From: Malacoraja senta
Lineage: Eukaryota
DNA: 60,000 nucleotides
NCBI GenBank assembly: GCA_038087875.1
Contig: CM075988.1
Span: 26,600,001 to 26,660,000 of the forward strand
Direction of reading: 5' to 3'
A program made the position numbers and the translations under genes. Under the pieces are notes generated by a model. It searched no databases. It was not told the origin of the DNA and saw only the letters and a program-made list of their open reading frames with translations. Within the stretch, counting starts at the first letter, position 1; every line of letters starts with the position of its first letter. Shown here one piece after another: positions 1 through 14,345 of the stretch.

Positions 1-2294
1 CAACTCCTCCCCCTTCTGCCATGGGCTAGACTGATTCCCCTCCCCAATCTTTGCCCATCCCCAATTCTGGACTTTCCACGTCACTATAATTTCATGTTTG
101 ATAGATCTTGTTGTGTTTTATGACTGTTAGCAGACCAATGTCCCTCCTGGCATAAATACAGTTCTATCATAGTGTCGTATCGTGTCACCTGCACTCAGTG
201 ACAGCTACAGTTATTGGTCTACACTCCACTACAATCCCATTGAGGCAGAGTGCCATGCTGTCCCCCACACTGTGAGTGGACAGATACAAACGAGGGCACA
301 GGAAAGGAGAATCACACCCTCCCCAAGAATAACTTGGTTGGTTTCAAAACACCTGTAGTCAGCTAAATTGGATGGGTTCAGCCTTTAATACTCGTCTAGA
401 GTCCGCTCTTGTTGACTTGTTGTATTGAGCTCAGTCCCTCTGAACATTGCGCCAACAAACAATGCCGGGTTGCTTTTTTATGTTTACCTATAAAGAACAG
501 TCCATGCTTTTCACTGAAGTCATATCAAACAAACCTTGACATCTCAAATCACAAAGATTACCCAGAGACTGGGTCATACAGAGGGGTTACAAAGAACACC
601 TGAACCAGTTTTCTATCTCCATCATTGAAGAAGGGTCCCCAACTCTTCATATCATCTGCCCATTCCTCTCCACGGATGCTGCATGACCCTCTGAGAATCT
701 GCAAGAGTCTTTTTGTTGAAAGTGCTTTTCTCTCTTGTCTATGGATTTCAGACTGAGTAACAGCTCAAAGAACTAAAAACCAGATCACTGATAACAGAAC
801 CAGCAGGAGGGTTTGCCCTCGGCAGCAAACATTAACTAATACAATGTGGAATTAGAATAGGGACTGGAAGCTCATTCAATAGTGGCGAGAATAAGATAAT
901 TTTTCTGAAATAAAGACATATTTACTGAAATTTCGAGTTTATTTGGAAAGCCCTTTTCAGGAGACAGCGAAGAATGGTTGGACGTAATCCTGGATTCTAT
1001 GAATGGAAGAATCTCCCCATCGGATTGCTCCTGGGCCTGGCCAAGATGCCCATTCACGGGCCCAGGCAGCAGGCAGGCGGTCGAGAGCTGGCTCTGCCAG
1101 AGTACACTGCCTGCCCCTCCTCCAGACCCATGTCTGGACCAGTCAGAGAGAGCTCGCAGTGTCCACAGGGACACCAGGCCTTTCCTGAACGCTGGTCACC
1201 ACAGGTCTCCAGTACAGCGTGGTGATTGATGATCACGTTGTCATTTGCCGATTGATATTTGCAAACTGTAAGGCAGTTTTGATATATGCAGTACTTTGTA
1301 ACTGTGATTATGCAATAAATGCTCCTGGTTCAAGGATAAGAAGATCTTTGGGCAGTTTCCCCAAAGTGACTCACAGAAGCGCAAGCAGTGACCACGCTGC
1401 AGAGATGAACAGATGAACAGCTGGTCGGAAACTACACACTGCAAAGTAAATGTCCTCTTAGCAACTCAGAATAATAGTGTAGTTAGCCTGTGATACAACA
1501 CAGCCACACTTACGATGCCGTCCCGTGACAATTCACAAGTGCTGGTCTTGCACTAAGTATTAGACGCGTCCCTGCACATTACACCAGGTGACCAAGCTCA
1601 CAAACCACTACTTCCAATAAGAGGGGGACACGGAGAGGAAATCCCAGCGGGGAATTTTGTTGCTGAATCAAAGGTGGAATGATAAGGTTTTAATCTGCAG
1701 GTTCCAGCCTGACTGGAACCACACACCTTGTCGCCCTTGGATCTTCTGCCTTCATGTCCCAGACCCTGACGCAAGTGATTCACCAAAAGATAATTGTCTT
1801 TAAAAGATACAGACTAGGTTACATCTGGATTCATAGATTGTTGCCATTTGGCCCATCAGCTTTGTGTCAGCTCCTTGCAATCTACTCAGTCCCTTCCCTT
1901 AGCCTCTTTCACTATGACTCTGGTTTGAATCCAATTCCCATCTCATAGCTCCCAGCATCGAGCTTGCCCCAATCCTGAATCGCAACTTCCAGATTATCAC
2001 CACTCTGACATTTCCTCTGTACCATCTGCTCTTTTCTTGCAGTCGTTACTCCCTGACCTCGAGCCACCACTTCCCTTCATGTACACTTAGAACATCTTGC
2101 CCCATCTACCCAACCGTGGTCTTGTCCAACTCCAGCTCTTGTCCTCTCAAGCTGCTCTGCTCCACCAGGTACAATCCCAACTTTACTCATCGAGTCAAAA
2201 TCCTTGTGGACCTCTTGCCTCATCCTTGTAAACCTTCCCTGCACCCAGGATGGGATCTGCACATCATTCCCAAAGCATTTGGCTGGTGATGCAA

Positions 2295-2620
2295 GAAACG
2301 TCACCTATCCACGTTCTCCACAGATGCTGCCCGACCTGCTGAGTTACTCCAGCACTCTGTGAAACGTCACCTATCCACGTTCTCCACAGATGCTGCCTGA
2401 CCCGCTGAGTTACTCCAGCACTCTGTGAAACGTCACCTACCCGTTCTCCACAGATGCTGCCTGACCCACTGAGTTACTCCAGCACTCTGTGAAACGTCAC
2501 CTATCCACGTTCTCCACAGATGCTGCCTGACCCACTGGGTTACTCCAGCACTCTGTGAAACGTCACCTATCCATGTTCTCCACAGATGCTGCCTGGCCCG
2601 CTGAGTTACTCCAGCACTCT
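2295..2620 (+). repeat. five tandem copies of a 64-66 bp unit derived from the Penelope-like repeat
   Basis: Unit GAAACGTCACCTATCCACGTTCTCCACAGATGCTGCCTGACCCGCTGAGTTACTCCAGCACTCTGT starts at 2295, 2361, 2427, 2491 and 2557. Confidence 0.92.
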
Positions 2621-3456
2621 GGGTCTTTTTATGTAAATGCATCTGCAGTTCCTTGTGCCTCCATGCACAAATCATTGTTAAATGACCAATCAGACATTGC
2701 TCACATCGCTGGTCTTGCCCGCAGCAGGAGAGGCCCAGGGGGATAAATGAGGCACGGATATTTAGATTAAAGATAGGTGTGAACTCTGCCGGGTATGAGA
2801 CAATTCAATGTGTCGAGAATGGAGGAAGAGTTTTGGCAACGTTTTTGTTTGGAATTTATACGTTATTTAAATTCTGAATGAAATTTATTTTAAAAATTAA
2901 ATACAATCTTGTGAAGAGTCTGGATCTATTGTTTAAAGGTGGGCATGAAAAGTACTGAATATCACTGCTGAACGTGTAGACACTGAGAAGGCATGAAGAA
3001 TCCCCCCCCCCCCTCACCTGACCGCTAAGGTAAATAGGAACAACCTTCCTGGGTGTGTTTGTGTACAGCTGCTTAACAAAAGGCCTTGGGCAAACAGTAA
3101 AAGCTTGTATATTAACTCACTAGAAAGGAATGCATAGCTTCAGACACTTGGGGTATTTCTTGTTTAGATGCAATGTTGTAATCGAGTCTGTTCACCGCAA
3201 TCGTTTAAAATACAGACAAAAAATGGAAACATTTCACCTGTACACTTCAACGTTTCACCAATTTCCATTCTATGGGATTCTCCAGATTCATCGCCTCAAA
3301 TTGCTGAAAGAGTGAGCATCGATGGTGTGGCCAACACTAACTGCCTCAACCTAATGCTACAAGGCTACAGCAAGGCTCATACAGATCACCACCTAGTCCC
3401 ATGCTAAAGCTTTGTGACTCTGTGACATGGATAGGATAAGAATGAGAGAGAGCACT

Positions 3457-5434
3457 ACATATATACATAGACAATGGGAGCAGGAGTAGGCCATTCGTCC
3501 TTCGAACCAGCACCACCATTCAATGTGATCATGGCTGATCATCAACATACAGTACCCCATCCCTGCCTTCTCCCCATATTCCCTTGACTCCGCTAGCCCC
3601 AAGAGCTCTATCTAACTCACTTTTTAATGCATCCAGTGAATCGGCCTCCAATGCCTTTGAGGCAGAGAATTCCACAAATTCACAACGCTCTGGGTGAATC
3701 TTTTTTTCCGCATCTCAGTTCTAAATGGCCTACCCCTTATTCTTAAAATGTGGCCCCTAGTTCTGGACTCCCCCAACATCGGGAACATGTTTCTTGCCTC
3801 TAGCATGTCCAATCCATTAATAATTTTATATGTTTCTATAAGATCCCCTCCCATCTTACTAAATTCCAGTGAATACAAGCCCAGTCGCTCCATTCTTTCA
3901 TTATATGACAGTCCTGCCATTCCGGGAATTAACCTCATGAACCTACGCTGCACTCCCTCAATAGCAAGAATGTCCTTCCTCAAATTAGGAGACCAAAACT
4001 GCAGGTGTGGTCTCACCAGAGCCCTGTACAACTGCAGAAGGACCTCTTTGCTCCTATGCTCAACTCCTCTTGTTATGAAGGTCAACATGGCATTCGCTTT
4101 CTTCACTGCCTGCATGCTTACTTTCAGTGACTGATGTACTCCCAAGTCTTGTTGTACTTCCCCTTTTCCCAACTTGACACCATTCAGATAATAATCTGCC
4201 TTCCAGTTCTTGCCACAGAGTGGATAACCTCACATTTTTCCACATTAAACTGTATCTGCCATGCATCTGCCCACTCCCCCAACCAGTCCAAGTCACCCTG
4301 AATTCTCATAGCATCCTCCTCACAGTTCACACTGCCACCCAGCTTTGTGTCATCTGCAAATTTGCTAATGTTACTTTTAATTCCTTCATCTTAATCATTT
4401 ATGCATATTGTAAATAGCTGCGGTCCCAGCACCGAGCCTTGCGGTACCCCACTAGTCACTGCCTGCCATTCTACAAGGGACCCGTTAATCCCTACTCTGT
4501 TTCCCGTCTGCCAACCAATTTTCTATCCATGTCAGCACTCTACCCACAATACCATGTGCCCTAATTTTGCCCACTAATCTCCTGTGTGGGACCTTATCAA
4601 AGGCTTTCTGAAAGTCCAGGTACACTACATCCACTGGCTCTCCCTTGTCCATTTTACTTGTTACATCCTCAAAAAATTCCAGAAGATTAGTCAAGCACGA
4701 TTTCCCCTTCATAAATCCACGCTGACTCGGACCGATCCGGTTACTGCTATCCAAATGCATTTACATCTTCAATAATGGACTCCAGCATCTTCCCCACCAC
4801 CTTAGTGAAGACAGATCAAAAGTACCTGTTCAACTCATCTGCCATTTCCTTGTTCCCCATAATAAATTCACCTGTTTCTGTCTTCAAGGGAGCCACATTG
4901 GTCTTAACTATTTTTTTCTGCTTCACATACCTAAAGAAGCTTTTACTATCCTCCTTTATATTCTTGGCTAGCTGACCTTCATACCTCATCCGTTCTCCCC
5001 ATATTGCCTTTTTAGTTACCTTCTGTTGCTCTTTAAAAGTTTCCCAATCCTCTGGCTTCCCACTCATCTTTGCTATGTTATACTTCTTCACTTTTATATA
5101 TATATATACTGACTTCCCTTGTCAGCCACGGTCACCTCTTACTCCCCTTAGAATCTTTCTTCCTCTTTGGAATGAACCGATCCTGCACCATCTGTATTAT
5201 TCCCAGAAATATCTGCCATTGCTGTTCCACTGTCATCCCTGCTAGAGTTTCATTCCAATCGATCTTGGCCAGCTCCCCCCTCATGCCTCCATAGTCCCTT
5301 TTGTTCAACTGCAATACTGACATTTCCGATTTACCCTTCTCCCTCTCAAATTGTAGATTAAAACATTGTATTATGGTGACTATCTCCTAATGGTTCCTTA
5401 ACCTTGAGTTCCCTTATCAAATCTGGTTCATTAC
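3457..5434 (-). mobile_element. CR1 LINE, 5'-truncated, with fragmented ORF2 (reverse transcriptase)
   Basis: Minus ORFs contain QRGFMKGKSCLTNLLEFFEDVT..VDVVYLDFQKAFDKVPH, LYRALVRPHL..WSP and RTRGH; CR1 3' tail with hairpin near 3460-3530. Confidence 0.93.
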
Positions 5435-8400
5435 AAAAAGTACAAATATTGACCAATGTCTGCAGCTCATTGCATGGTCTCTTCAACAATGGAGAGGTGG
5501 AATTTAAAATTGTACCATTGAGGTTTTATCCCCGATGCAAGTGGGCCTGGTTTGAACCAAGTCTCATGTACACACACACGATCCACTGTGCTCGATATCA
5601 CACTAAATATCCTATATATGTAGGAAGGATGCTGGTTTAAACTGAATATAGACAAAATGCTGGAGTAACTCAGCAGGACAGGCAATATCTGTCGAGAGAA
5701 GGAATGGGTGATGTTTCGGGTCGAGACTCTTCAGACTGATCATATATGAATGGATACAGCCAGAATGTTATTGAATCCACACAATAAGTACAGTAATATA
5801 CAAGACATTATCTACAAGCTGATGCTGACAACGAACATTAACTATTTTTTGCATTTACTTCTTTGGGCAAGAATGTGAAATTATTGCTGAGGAAATGGAT
5901 GAAATAAACAAAATAGAAGCACTAGGGAGAAACTGGACAGGTGCGTTCCATGGGCGTTAGCTGCTGCAGAAGATGCTACCTTTGTTTGCAGATAAGGGCC
6001 AACTGCCACAACTGTTGGCACCTCTCTACGCACTCTAGAAACTAGTTCACAAAGAACCCGCAACACATCAGTGCACGAGAGATAAGTAGTGGTGATGGGG
6101 TTAAACTGACAGAGGGCTGGGGCAGCACAAACACAGTGTAAACTGGCAAAATATCACTGCAGCCCAGAGACATGTGCCTTGGTGGATAACCTCAAAGTCT
6201 AGTGATGGAAATAACACTCCATTTCTTTCTAAATAGCATTAGGTTTTATTTTTCCAAATCCATGCTTTATTTTATTCAACTGCTTTCACACTATAGTTGG
6301 AGGCAGTGCTGCAGACTGCTTCTCTGTAATGCTACAACCTAGATAGATGGTCCAAGGATGAATCTCGTGTCTCCATCGTCTCACCACTGCGGTGGTGCAC
6401 AACCCATGTCCTGGCTTTCCAATTGGGAGACCAAGGGTTTAACAAGTATGGCTATGTTGCATCAATGGTTTGCAGATGAATATTAATGAAACAATCTTCT
6501 GGGTCCATCACCATGCCGTCCAATAATATAGTGGAGATTCCACGTGGAGACTAGTTTCACCGACTCCCCAGTGTTTTAGGGCAATAAAAGATGCCTTGCT
6601 TTCATTCGCAGATTGGGAAAGGTTTCTGCGTTGTGTCTAATCCTACAATCTAATTAGAAAGGTGAAGCAAAAATACCTTCCACAGAAAATAGAAAGCACC
6701 TTTGTGGGATTTAATAATGTGACATGCAGCTTTCTATTTGATATACAGACAGGTTTCCGGCTGTTGTTTTATTTTTAAACTTCATCCTGCTGGGTATTGC
6801 AGAGATCTCCACTACCACAATCATAAACTCAGCAGGGGAAGGATTTAAAAATGAAATGAAAGCTTCCCACATTAACCAGAATGACACAGAAACATGAAAG
6901 CAGCTCAGAGCTGTGCCGTAGGGGAATAACCTATCAGAGTCTAGTGACGGAAATAAAACCCGTCTCGTGATTTCTTCTTAATAAATATCGGTCTCGTTTT
7001 TCCAACTCGACCTCACTACTCACTCCATTTGCTTCTCACCACCGACAGAGGCAAGTCTGAGCATTCTGTTCCCAAACACCATTTCCTCTTTAAAATGTGC
7101 CGCCACAAACCTCTTTGCCAGCTAAAACCATCTCGCATTATATTGTATAGAATGCTGGAGCAACTCAGCGGGACAGGCAGCGTCTCTGGAGAGGAATGGG
7201 TGACGTTTCGGGTGGAGAGGAAGCGTCTCGAGCCGAAATCTCAACCATTCCTTCTCTCCAGAGATGCTGCCTGACCCGCTGAGTTACTTTCTGGAGATTC
7301 TATCTCATCACACTCCAAACTTGTCCCTCCTTGCTGTTCTCCCCATCACTCTCTCTCCCCCCCCCCCCCCCCCCCACACACACACATCCTCATGAGAATT
7401 ACAACACACATCTTCCTACTTACAGAACCTTTGTCGAACGGTATCAACATTTCCACCCATCATAATTCTCACCTTTAAAAGTCAGAAAAGAATATCGGTT
7501 GTTTCCCACGAAACCACAGTGACCTCACTGGTGATGGGAGATCCAGAAGTCATAAGAAGAGTTAGTCAAATTACTTTACCGTTTTACCTCCAGTTTGTAC
7601 AGCAATTTTTCCCATTGATCAGACCATCCTGACATCCTAGAGTTTGAAGGAGGATCTCGAGCCGAAACATCAGCCACTCCTTCTCTCCAGCGATGCTGCC
7701 TGTCCCGCTGAGTTATTCCAGCACTTTGTGACTATCATTCCATCGTGACTACTGGCTCAGATGTGTAAAGGGGAAGGCTGCCATCGACACATTATAGTGG
7801 GGACTGCAACTGGTTAGTTAGCCAGGCAACTGAACTGTCCTCTCACCAACTAGAGAGCAGTCCTGACCTCCCATCCCATAGTTGCCCGGTGATTCTGATC
7901 AGAGATTTGCAGAAAGGTCTAATCCCAGCAGAAATCATTTAGATCAGCCTAGAAACTAACCAGTGTATTGGGTCCAGGGATACTGCTCTGATAACATCAG
8001 TGTTTAATTTCCCATCAGCTGATACCCCTAAATTTTATGCCAGAGTCATTTCCTTCTGATCAGTTAATTTTGAAACAGTTTTCTCAAAAAACACTTGCTC
8101 AAGTAATTGAATTGTCACTTTACACGCAGTTCTACAGATTTGATCAAAACTCCTACTTCTTAATAACCCCTACGAATTGTTTTAAAATGATACTCCATTG
8201 CTATAGGCAAAGACCAACAGTCTAAGAGTGCATTAAAAGTTAGTTCATTCAGATCAGCCTTCAGAACAAATCAATTGATTTTATTCCCCCTTAAAGGACA
8301 GTGAGCCGAGACTTGCTTTGAGATGAGATCACCTTTCTAGCTTTGTCCAGCTAACAAGCAGAGCACTGTATCCCACACCTAGTGCCAGCCCTGTATCACA

Positions 8401-11400
8401 GAGGTTCCACACCAGACACACCTCCAGGGTTAGCACTATATATTGAGTATAATAAAGATTTGCTTCTGCAAAAGTCAATTATTGGTAAATATTGCTCATC
8501 AAAAAGGAAGAATTTTCATGATAAGATCCATGTATCATTAGATCAAGATTAGTTTGTGCAATTCCAAGTGTTTAAAGATTGTAAAGTAAAATTGGTCAAA
8601 ATAAAGAGATCAAGACATGGAATGAAAATAACCTAAACCTGTAGTTACAAATTCTGTGTTTGTGTGTTTTATTTATTCTGACGAGGAGTAAGTTAGCTTC
8701 AGAATTATTTCTAAATATTAAACATTTCCTCAAGATGAACATGCTGTTACTTATACAATTAGGCAATGCTTGCACATCAGTTTCATTCATTAGAAAACAA
8801 TGCAAGATGGTTATTATTTTTTGCAAGGCATTGTAATAATGTCAAGATGAAATGACACCTTCATCTTGTAAAGATACCAAGTGTAATTTATGAACAGAGA
8901 ACAGACACACAAGTGACGGACGGGAGCAGGAGAATAGAGTGATGGACACAGAAGGAAAAAAACAAATTAAAAGCTTATATGTGATGGCATTTTATATTTG
9001 ATGAGAGGGTGGGCAAGGTCAGTGAAATGAAAACAAGATGAATGAGCTGATGAATGAAAGAGTGAAAGGTCCTGTAAATGCCGCTTTATCCACACGATCT
9101 GTAAAATTATTTTACAGAGTACTGCTCCCCCAACGCAACACTTCACAATCTGATGCCAAAGTGTTACTGCCGGAATCAGAAGAGCTTTAACACAGTTGAC
9201 AACGTGTCCTTTAACAGTTTAATCAGGAACATTAAACACCTCCAGCAACCGTTTGCTCTTCCTCCCACAGCATCAGGTGGTGCCGTGGTTGACTGATCAC
9301 TAATCAAAAAACCTCTACATTGTGAGCCCAGTACAGTGCGTATTCATCCAGAAATTGTACCCCTCACAGCCTTGCATCCCGTCAAATACCTGGTGTACAA
9401 ACCCAGTCCAATCGCCTCAGCTCGAGGTTCCAATATCAACACAGGGCTACTTGCAATAAACAGAAAGACACATACATAGCAAGCAAATATAATTACAGTA
9501 CAGCGATCTACAGGGAGAATGAATGTTGATCAGCTTCCTGAATTCCAACCATACATAACCCCATACCACGGACATGGTGAGAAGAGGCATGTGCGTGTCT
9601 GCCACTTACAGTGCATGCTTTATTTCCACAACATACATTAAAAATGTTCACGTTTCTAACGTTTGGCTGGGTGCAAGGGAACAGTGTTTGCACATAATGA
9701 ATCGCAGAATGAACGTGCACCAAAGTTCATGTAAGACAACATCATGGTCAGGTATTCTCAGCACCAAACCAGAGTCTAATTTACTTGCCAGTTTCCCCTT
9801 GCACCCCCTTAAATTCCCATCTCCAAAGTTTCCTTTTGAAGTACAATGCTCACAATCAGGAGTGCAATTACCGATACACATCCCCAGCATTTAAGTATTC
9901 AGATACGCAAATATATTTGGTGAAAGATACAATTGAGTGCTCACGAAATAAAGAGTAAATTTAACTTTCAAGCCAAATGGTTTCGCATTTGTGTCTTTTC
10001 ATGGTTCACACACAGGCACTCATTAAGCAGGGTCAGAAACATAACGCTGTCTCAGCCAGCATCTTAAGATGAAAGGATTTTTTGATGGCCACCTTTAACT
10101 TCACGACAGTTTAAAACCAGATTTTGTGGCCCAAGTTCCTAAAATCCTAGCGTCTTTAGGGTCTGAAGAATAGTGCAGATCCTGAAGAGTTACCCATTCC
10201 TTCACTCCAGAGATGCTGCCTGTCCCGCTGAGTTACTCCGACATTTTGTGTCTATCTTTCCAAAATCTAACAGCGTGCAACGTGATCAGATTTCCGAACC
10301 AGTTCCCAATTTTTTTGCCCAGCCATACTTTAGGAAGAGAGGGGAAACACTGCCATTTGGCCCATCAATGCTATCCCACAGCATTCCAATAGATCACAGC
10401 TGAACATGCCACCATAGATCTGCTCTCGGTAGATAAGGGTTTTATTTTTATGTTTACACTGGGATGTCTCAAATCTTCAACAACAGCCAGGATGTACGAA
10501 AAGATTAATGAGCCTCCGAAAAAATCATTTAACAAAATACTCGGTGCACATCGAGTTAATCAGTATTTGATAACAATTTAAAAGTTAATTGTTTTGACTA
10601 AAGTTTGTGGGTCAGGTCTGCAGAATGATTACAGAAATGTTATTTCATGATTGCCAACTCTCAAATCATTCACTGATTCATGATCATAACTTGTTCTCCA
10701 AACTGACCCGTTTCATTTATTTTTCTAAAAGAATGTTTTCAACACGTTTGCATTTCAGTTGAAAGTTGTTAAGTTTCAATTTTAACCAAAAGTAAAGCAG
10801 TGAAAAACAATGAAGAGAGCAACCACAGTGGCCAGGGTTCTTTGTACAATGAGTTAAACAAAGAGTTTGCCGTTGCATAATTGACCTGTAATTTTCTGAC
10901 TGAACAATGATCACATTCTGGAAGTTGCACGATTTGACAAAAGATAGGAGATATATTTTGGAGGGAATTTGACCTTTGTCCCTGCACAGATACCAGAGCC
11001 CTGCCCCCTCCCCCCCAGCGTCTTGTTCAGAGAGAACCCTTGCCCTGGTCACGCCAGACTGGACTGGACAATGAGCTGCCTTGGTCCACTCCGCAGCCCA
11101 CAATCCTGCACCATTTCCATGCACTGTGCTCCCAATCCCATAAAGGGCTGACTGAACAAACACAGTGCATTTCCACATGGCCCCCCTGGCTCCCATTTCA
11201 GTCCAGCAATGAAAAGAACTACTGTAAATAAAAGAGGCCTCTTTGACCTGTCATTGTCTGCTCTCAGACCCCAGTATCCATTCTACTGTAACCCAGCCAC
11301 ACTCTGCACAATGGACTCACTGATGGCAGTGCTAACCTTTGCCTGAGAGTGGTAGACCCATAGCTTCAGGATAAAGAGAGCCCTGTCAAAGGTTTCCCTC

Positions 11401-13268
11401 CCCACTGTGCTCACAAACCCTTCAGCTTTGGTATCCCTGCTGATCAGCCTTGTAGACTTACAAATTCACAGTAAAAACTTTACTTTCTCTTTTTAAAAAA
11501 AACCTTTCAAGTCATTTGTTTTTAAAAAGGTACTAAAAATCATATCTTTCTGCAATCTGTGCAAATCAAGATCAAAACAATTCAGCAGCTCGATTTGTAA
11601 AGTGTAACTAGTTGAAGGCAAATCTGAACTATGTCACCTATGGGACTTTATACACACACACACAATTCACACCAAGGAATTCAATAGGATTTATCCAACC
11701 CATGTGCAGGGTTGATCACAAGAATGTGTGTTATTCCTCTGGGCTGATCCGATTCAGTACAGAGGTTGCAAGATTAAATTGGAAAGTAGATTTATGAACA
11801 TTATTAGAGATGTGCGTACATCTCTCGAGCTGCTCCAGGGAATGATTTCTGGATGCAATGTTCTATTTGGCACATTGGTCTCTGTCTTGTGTTGTGATCC
11901 AGGTAATATCCAGGGCACTGGTTGTGATTTACCAGCACCCTGGCCGTTTAAGCATCACAATTGCAACACCAATCTACCACAAGCTGTGGAATTAAGCAGA
12001 AAGAAAGATCAAGATTACCAAACTCCAGACTCTTTAAAGCAAAAAGGTTTGGAAATATTGGAGAAAATTCCACAAAGACGATATTAAAACTCGAGAGGGT
12101 GGCGCGTGAGGAGTTGGAACAGCCTGGGACGTCGCTGTCAATGACAAAGCAGAGGAGAAATCATGTAGAATGCCAGGACTACAAAACTATTTGACAAACA
12201 AGAGTGGCATTTCTATAATGTTAACACACAGCATGACTAATACAAGGCACGCAGAGAGTGGGGAGAATGAGGAGCCCTGGATCAACACTGGTGCATGTGA
12301 TGGGGAAAATCCATGGGTCCAAGTGAGACAAGAAAAATGTTATGTTAATGGTTAATGGCTCATCCCCAGTAAAGAACTATTAGGTACGCAGATCTATCAG
12401 GTCAACACAGCACTGCCAAAATGTGATAGGAAATTGAAATTAGTTGCAGATTGCAAGAATAAAACAAAATGCCAGGAAACAGAAAGAGGAAAGAGAGTGC
12501 CACTAAAAACACCATCTTTACAAGTGTTCACCGTTTCAACTTCCCTGTATTTGGGAACAACTGTATTTGGGAATTGTATTACGAAGAAAGGAACTTTTAA
12601 ACCAGCAGGGGGAAACTATTTGAAGTAGGAGTTTTTCCACCTTTCCAATCTGTTCCACACTCATTAAGCAAAGGGCAGAGTTTAAATTAGAAGCAGACCA
12701 AAGAAATTCTACAAGATTTGCTGGGAAAAGTATTTTCATATTCAATGCTCATTCAAAACAGGATCGTGAATAATGCAGTTAGACCAGGGGGAATATGCAA
12801 ATAAGGGGAAATTCTACCTTATTTTCCTTTCCACAAAAGCCAAAGTGCTAAATATATGTTTAGAAGGGTAATCCCCTCCACAGCTAATCAGATTCCTGCC
12901 CCCACATCAATCTGGAAACCACATTTGTCATTAGCTCCACTTACAGCCTGGCCGGAAGCATCTTTTCAGGAGTGGGCCACATAATTAGTCTTTGTCTTTG
13001 GTGTTAATCACCTGACTATTGATGAACAAACAGACAGGAGCTTACAGAGGAATCACCCACACCCTTCTGCTTTCAGTCTGAAGAAGGGTCTCAACCCAAA
13101 ACTTTGCCTTTTCCTTCTCTTCAGAGACGCTGCCTGAGTTACTCCAGCACTTTGTGTGTCTTCAGCTACTAGAGTTGCTTCCTCAGACCCCCTGCAACCT
13201 CAGTTCAGTGTTGACCACCAGGCCTGGCTGTGTTACTCTTTGTACATTCCCCCTGCAGCTATCTCCAG

Positions 13269-13647
13269 CAAAGATCCTATAGCGAAGCAAGATAGACCAC
13301 TCGACGAAAAAGACGTAGTACGGTCATGGGCAGATTCATGGGTCATTTTAGGCCCCATTTCTGTAACCGGCTTCCGTCTCCGTACCAAAGATCCCATAGG
13401 ATACTAGTGCGGGGACGGAAGCCGGTTACGGAAACATCCTCGTAAAAATTAGTTATTTGGTAAAAATCTTCTCATTTTCAGAATTTTAATTTATTTACAC
13501 AAACTGTTCCCCCGCAACGTTGATTACACTGCGAGTCGGGTCACTGAAATGGACGGAAAACAATGCCCACATTCCGCTCCGTTGCGTACTACACGTCAGC
13601 CCTTTGCATTTAGCAGGGGTGGTCTATCTTGGCCTATAGGATCTTTG
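13269..13647. mobile_element. hAT-type MITE (379 bp) with 8-bp TSD
   Basis: Termini CAAAGATCCTATAG...CTATAGGATCTTTG, extending imperfectly to about 30 bp; perfect TSD ATCTCCAG at 13261-13268 and 13648-13655. Confidence 0.9.
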
Positions 13648-14152
13648 ATCTCCAGGGCTCCAACTTCCTCCCACATCCCAAAGACATTCATGTTGGTTGG
13701 TTAATTGGATACCCTCGTGTCTGATGGGAACAGGAGAGAAGGTCCCAGGGAAATCGGAATATACATTGTGAGCCCCCTAGACAACTGACTGGAGCTGGAT
13801 GGTGACCATACTGCCAACGTTGGCATCTTGAGCAAACACATAAAGGGCTGGGTCAGCAAAATGAAGTGGGTCAGGCAGCATCTGGGGAGGGAACAGACTG
13901 ATGACGTTTCGGGTCAGGACCCTGCAGATTGAGAAGATGGGAGAAGTTTGTATTAATTTGACTTCATTTCCATGTTGCATGATGTAACAAGCATTATGAA
14001 ATGTTTTGTAAAATAGAGAGGAAAAAAAAAATCAAATTAGACAATAATGTTGAAACTGTTCAGCTTTAAAAAGAAAATTGGAGCCTTTCACATCCAAAAG
14101 TGCTCTGTGGCTAATGTGGCACTTAACCACTGAAAAAGAATTATTAGATATA

Positions 14153-14345
14153 GGAAGGAACTGCAGATGCTGGTTTAAACCGAAGATAGACCCAAAACGC
14201 TGGAGTAACTCATCAGGACAAGCCTAAAGAAGGGTCTTGACCCAAATCGTCACCTATTTATTTTCTCCAGAGATGCTGTCTGGCCTGCTGAGTTACTCCT
14301 ACACTGTGTGTCTATTGTTGCAAACCAGCATCTGATGTTCATTGT
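14153..14345. mobile_element. Penelope-derived tail-to-tail palindromic repeat copy
   Basis: GGAAGGAACTGCAGATGCTGG...GGAGTAACTC followed by the inverted arm ...GAGTTACTCC...CCAGCATCTG; degenerate hammerhead motif near 14223. Confidence 0.75.

Noticed and set aside
2295..2620. Regularly spaced repeats superficially like a CRISPR array
   Set aside because: Units are contiguous near-identical 64-66 bp copies with no unique spacers, there are no cas genes, and the context is vertebrate.
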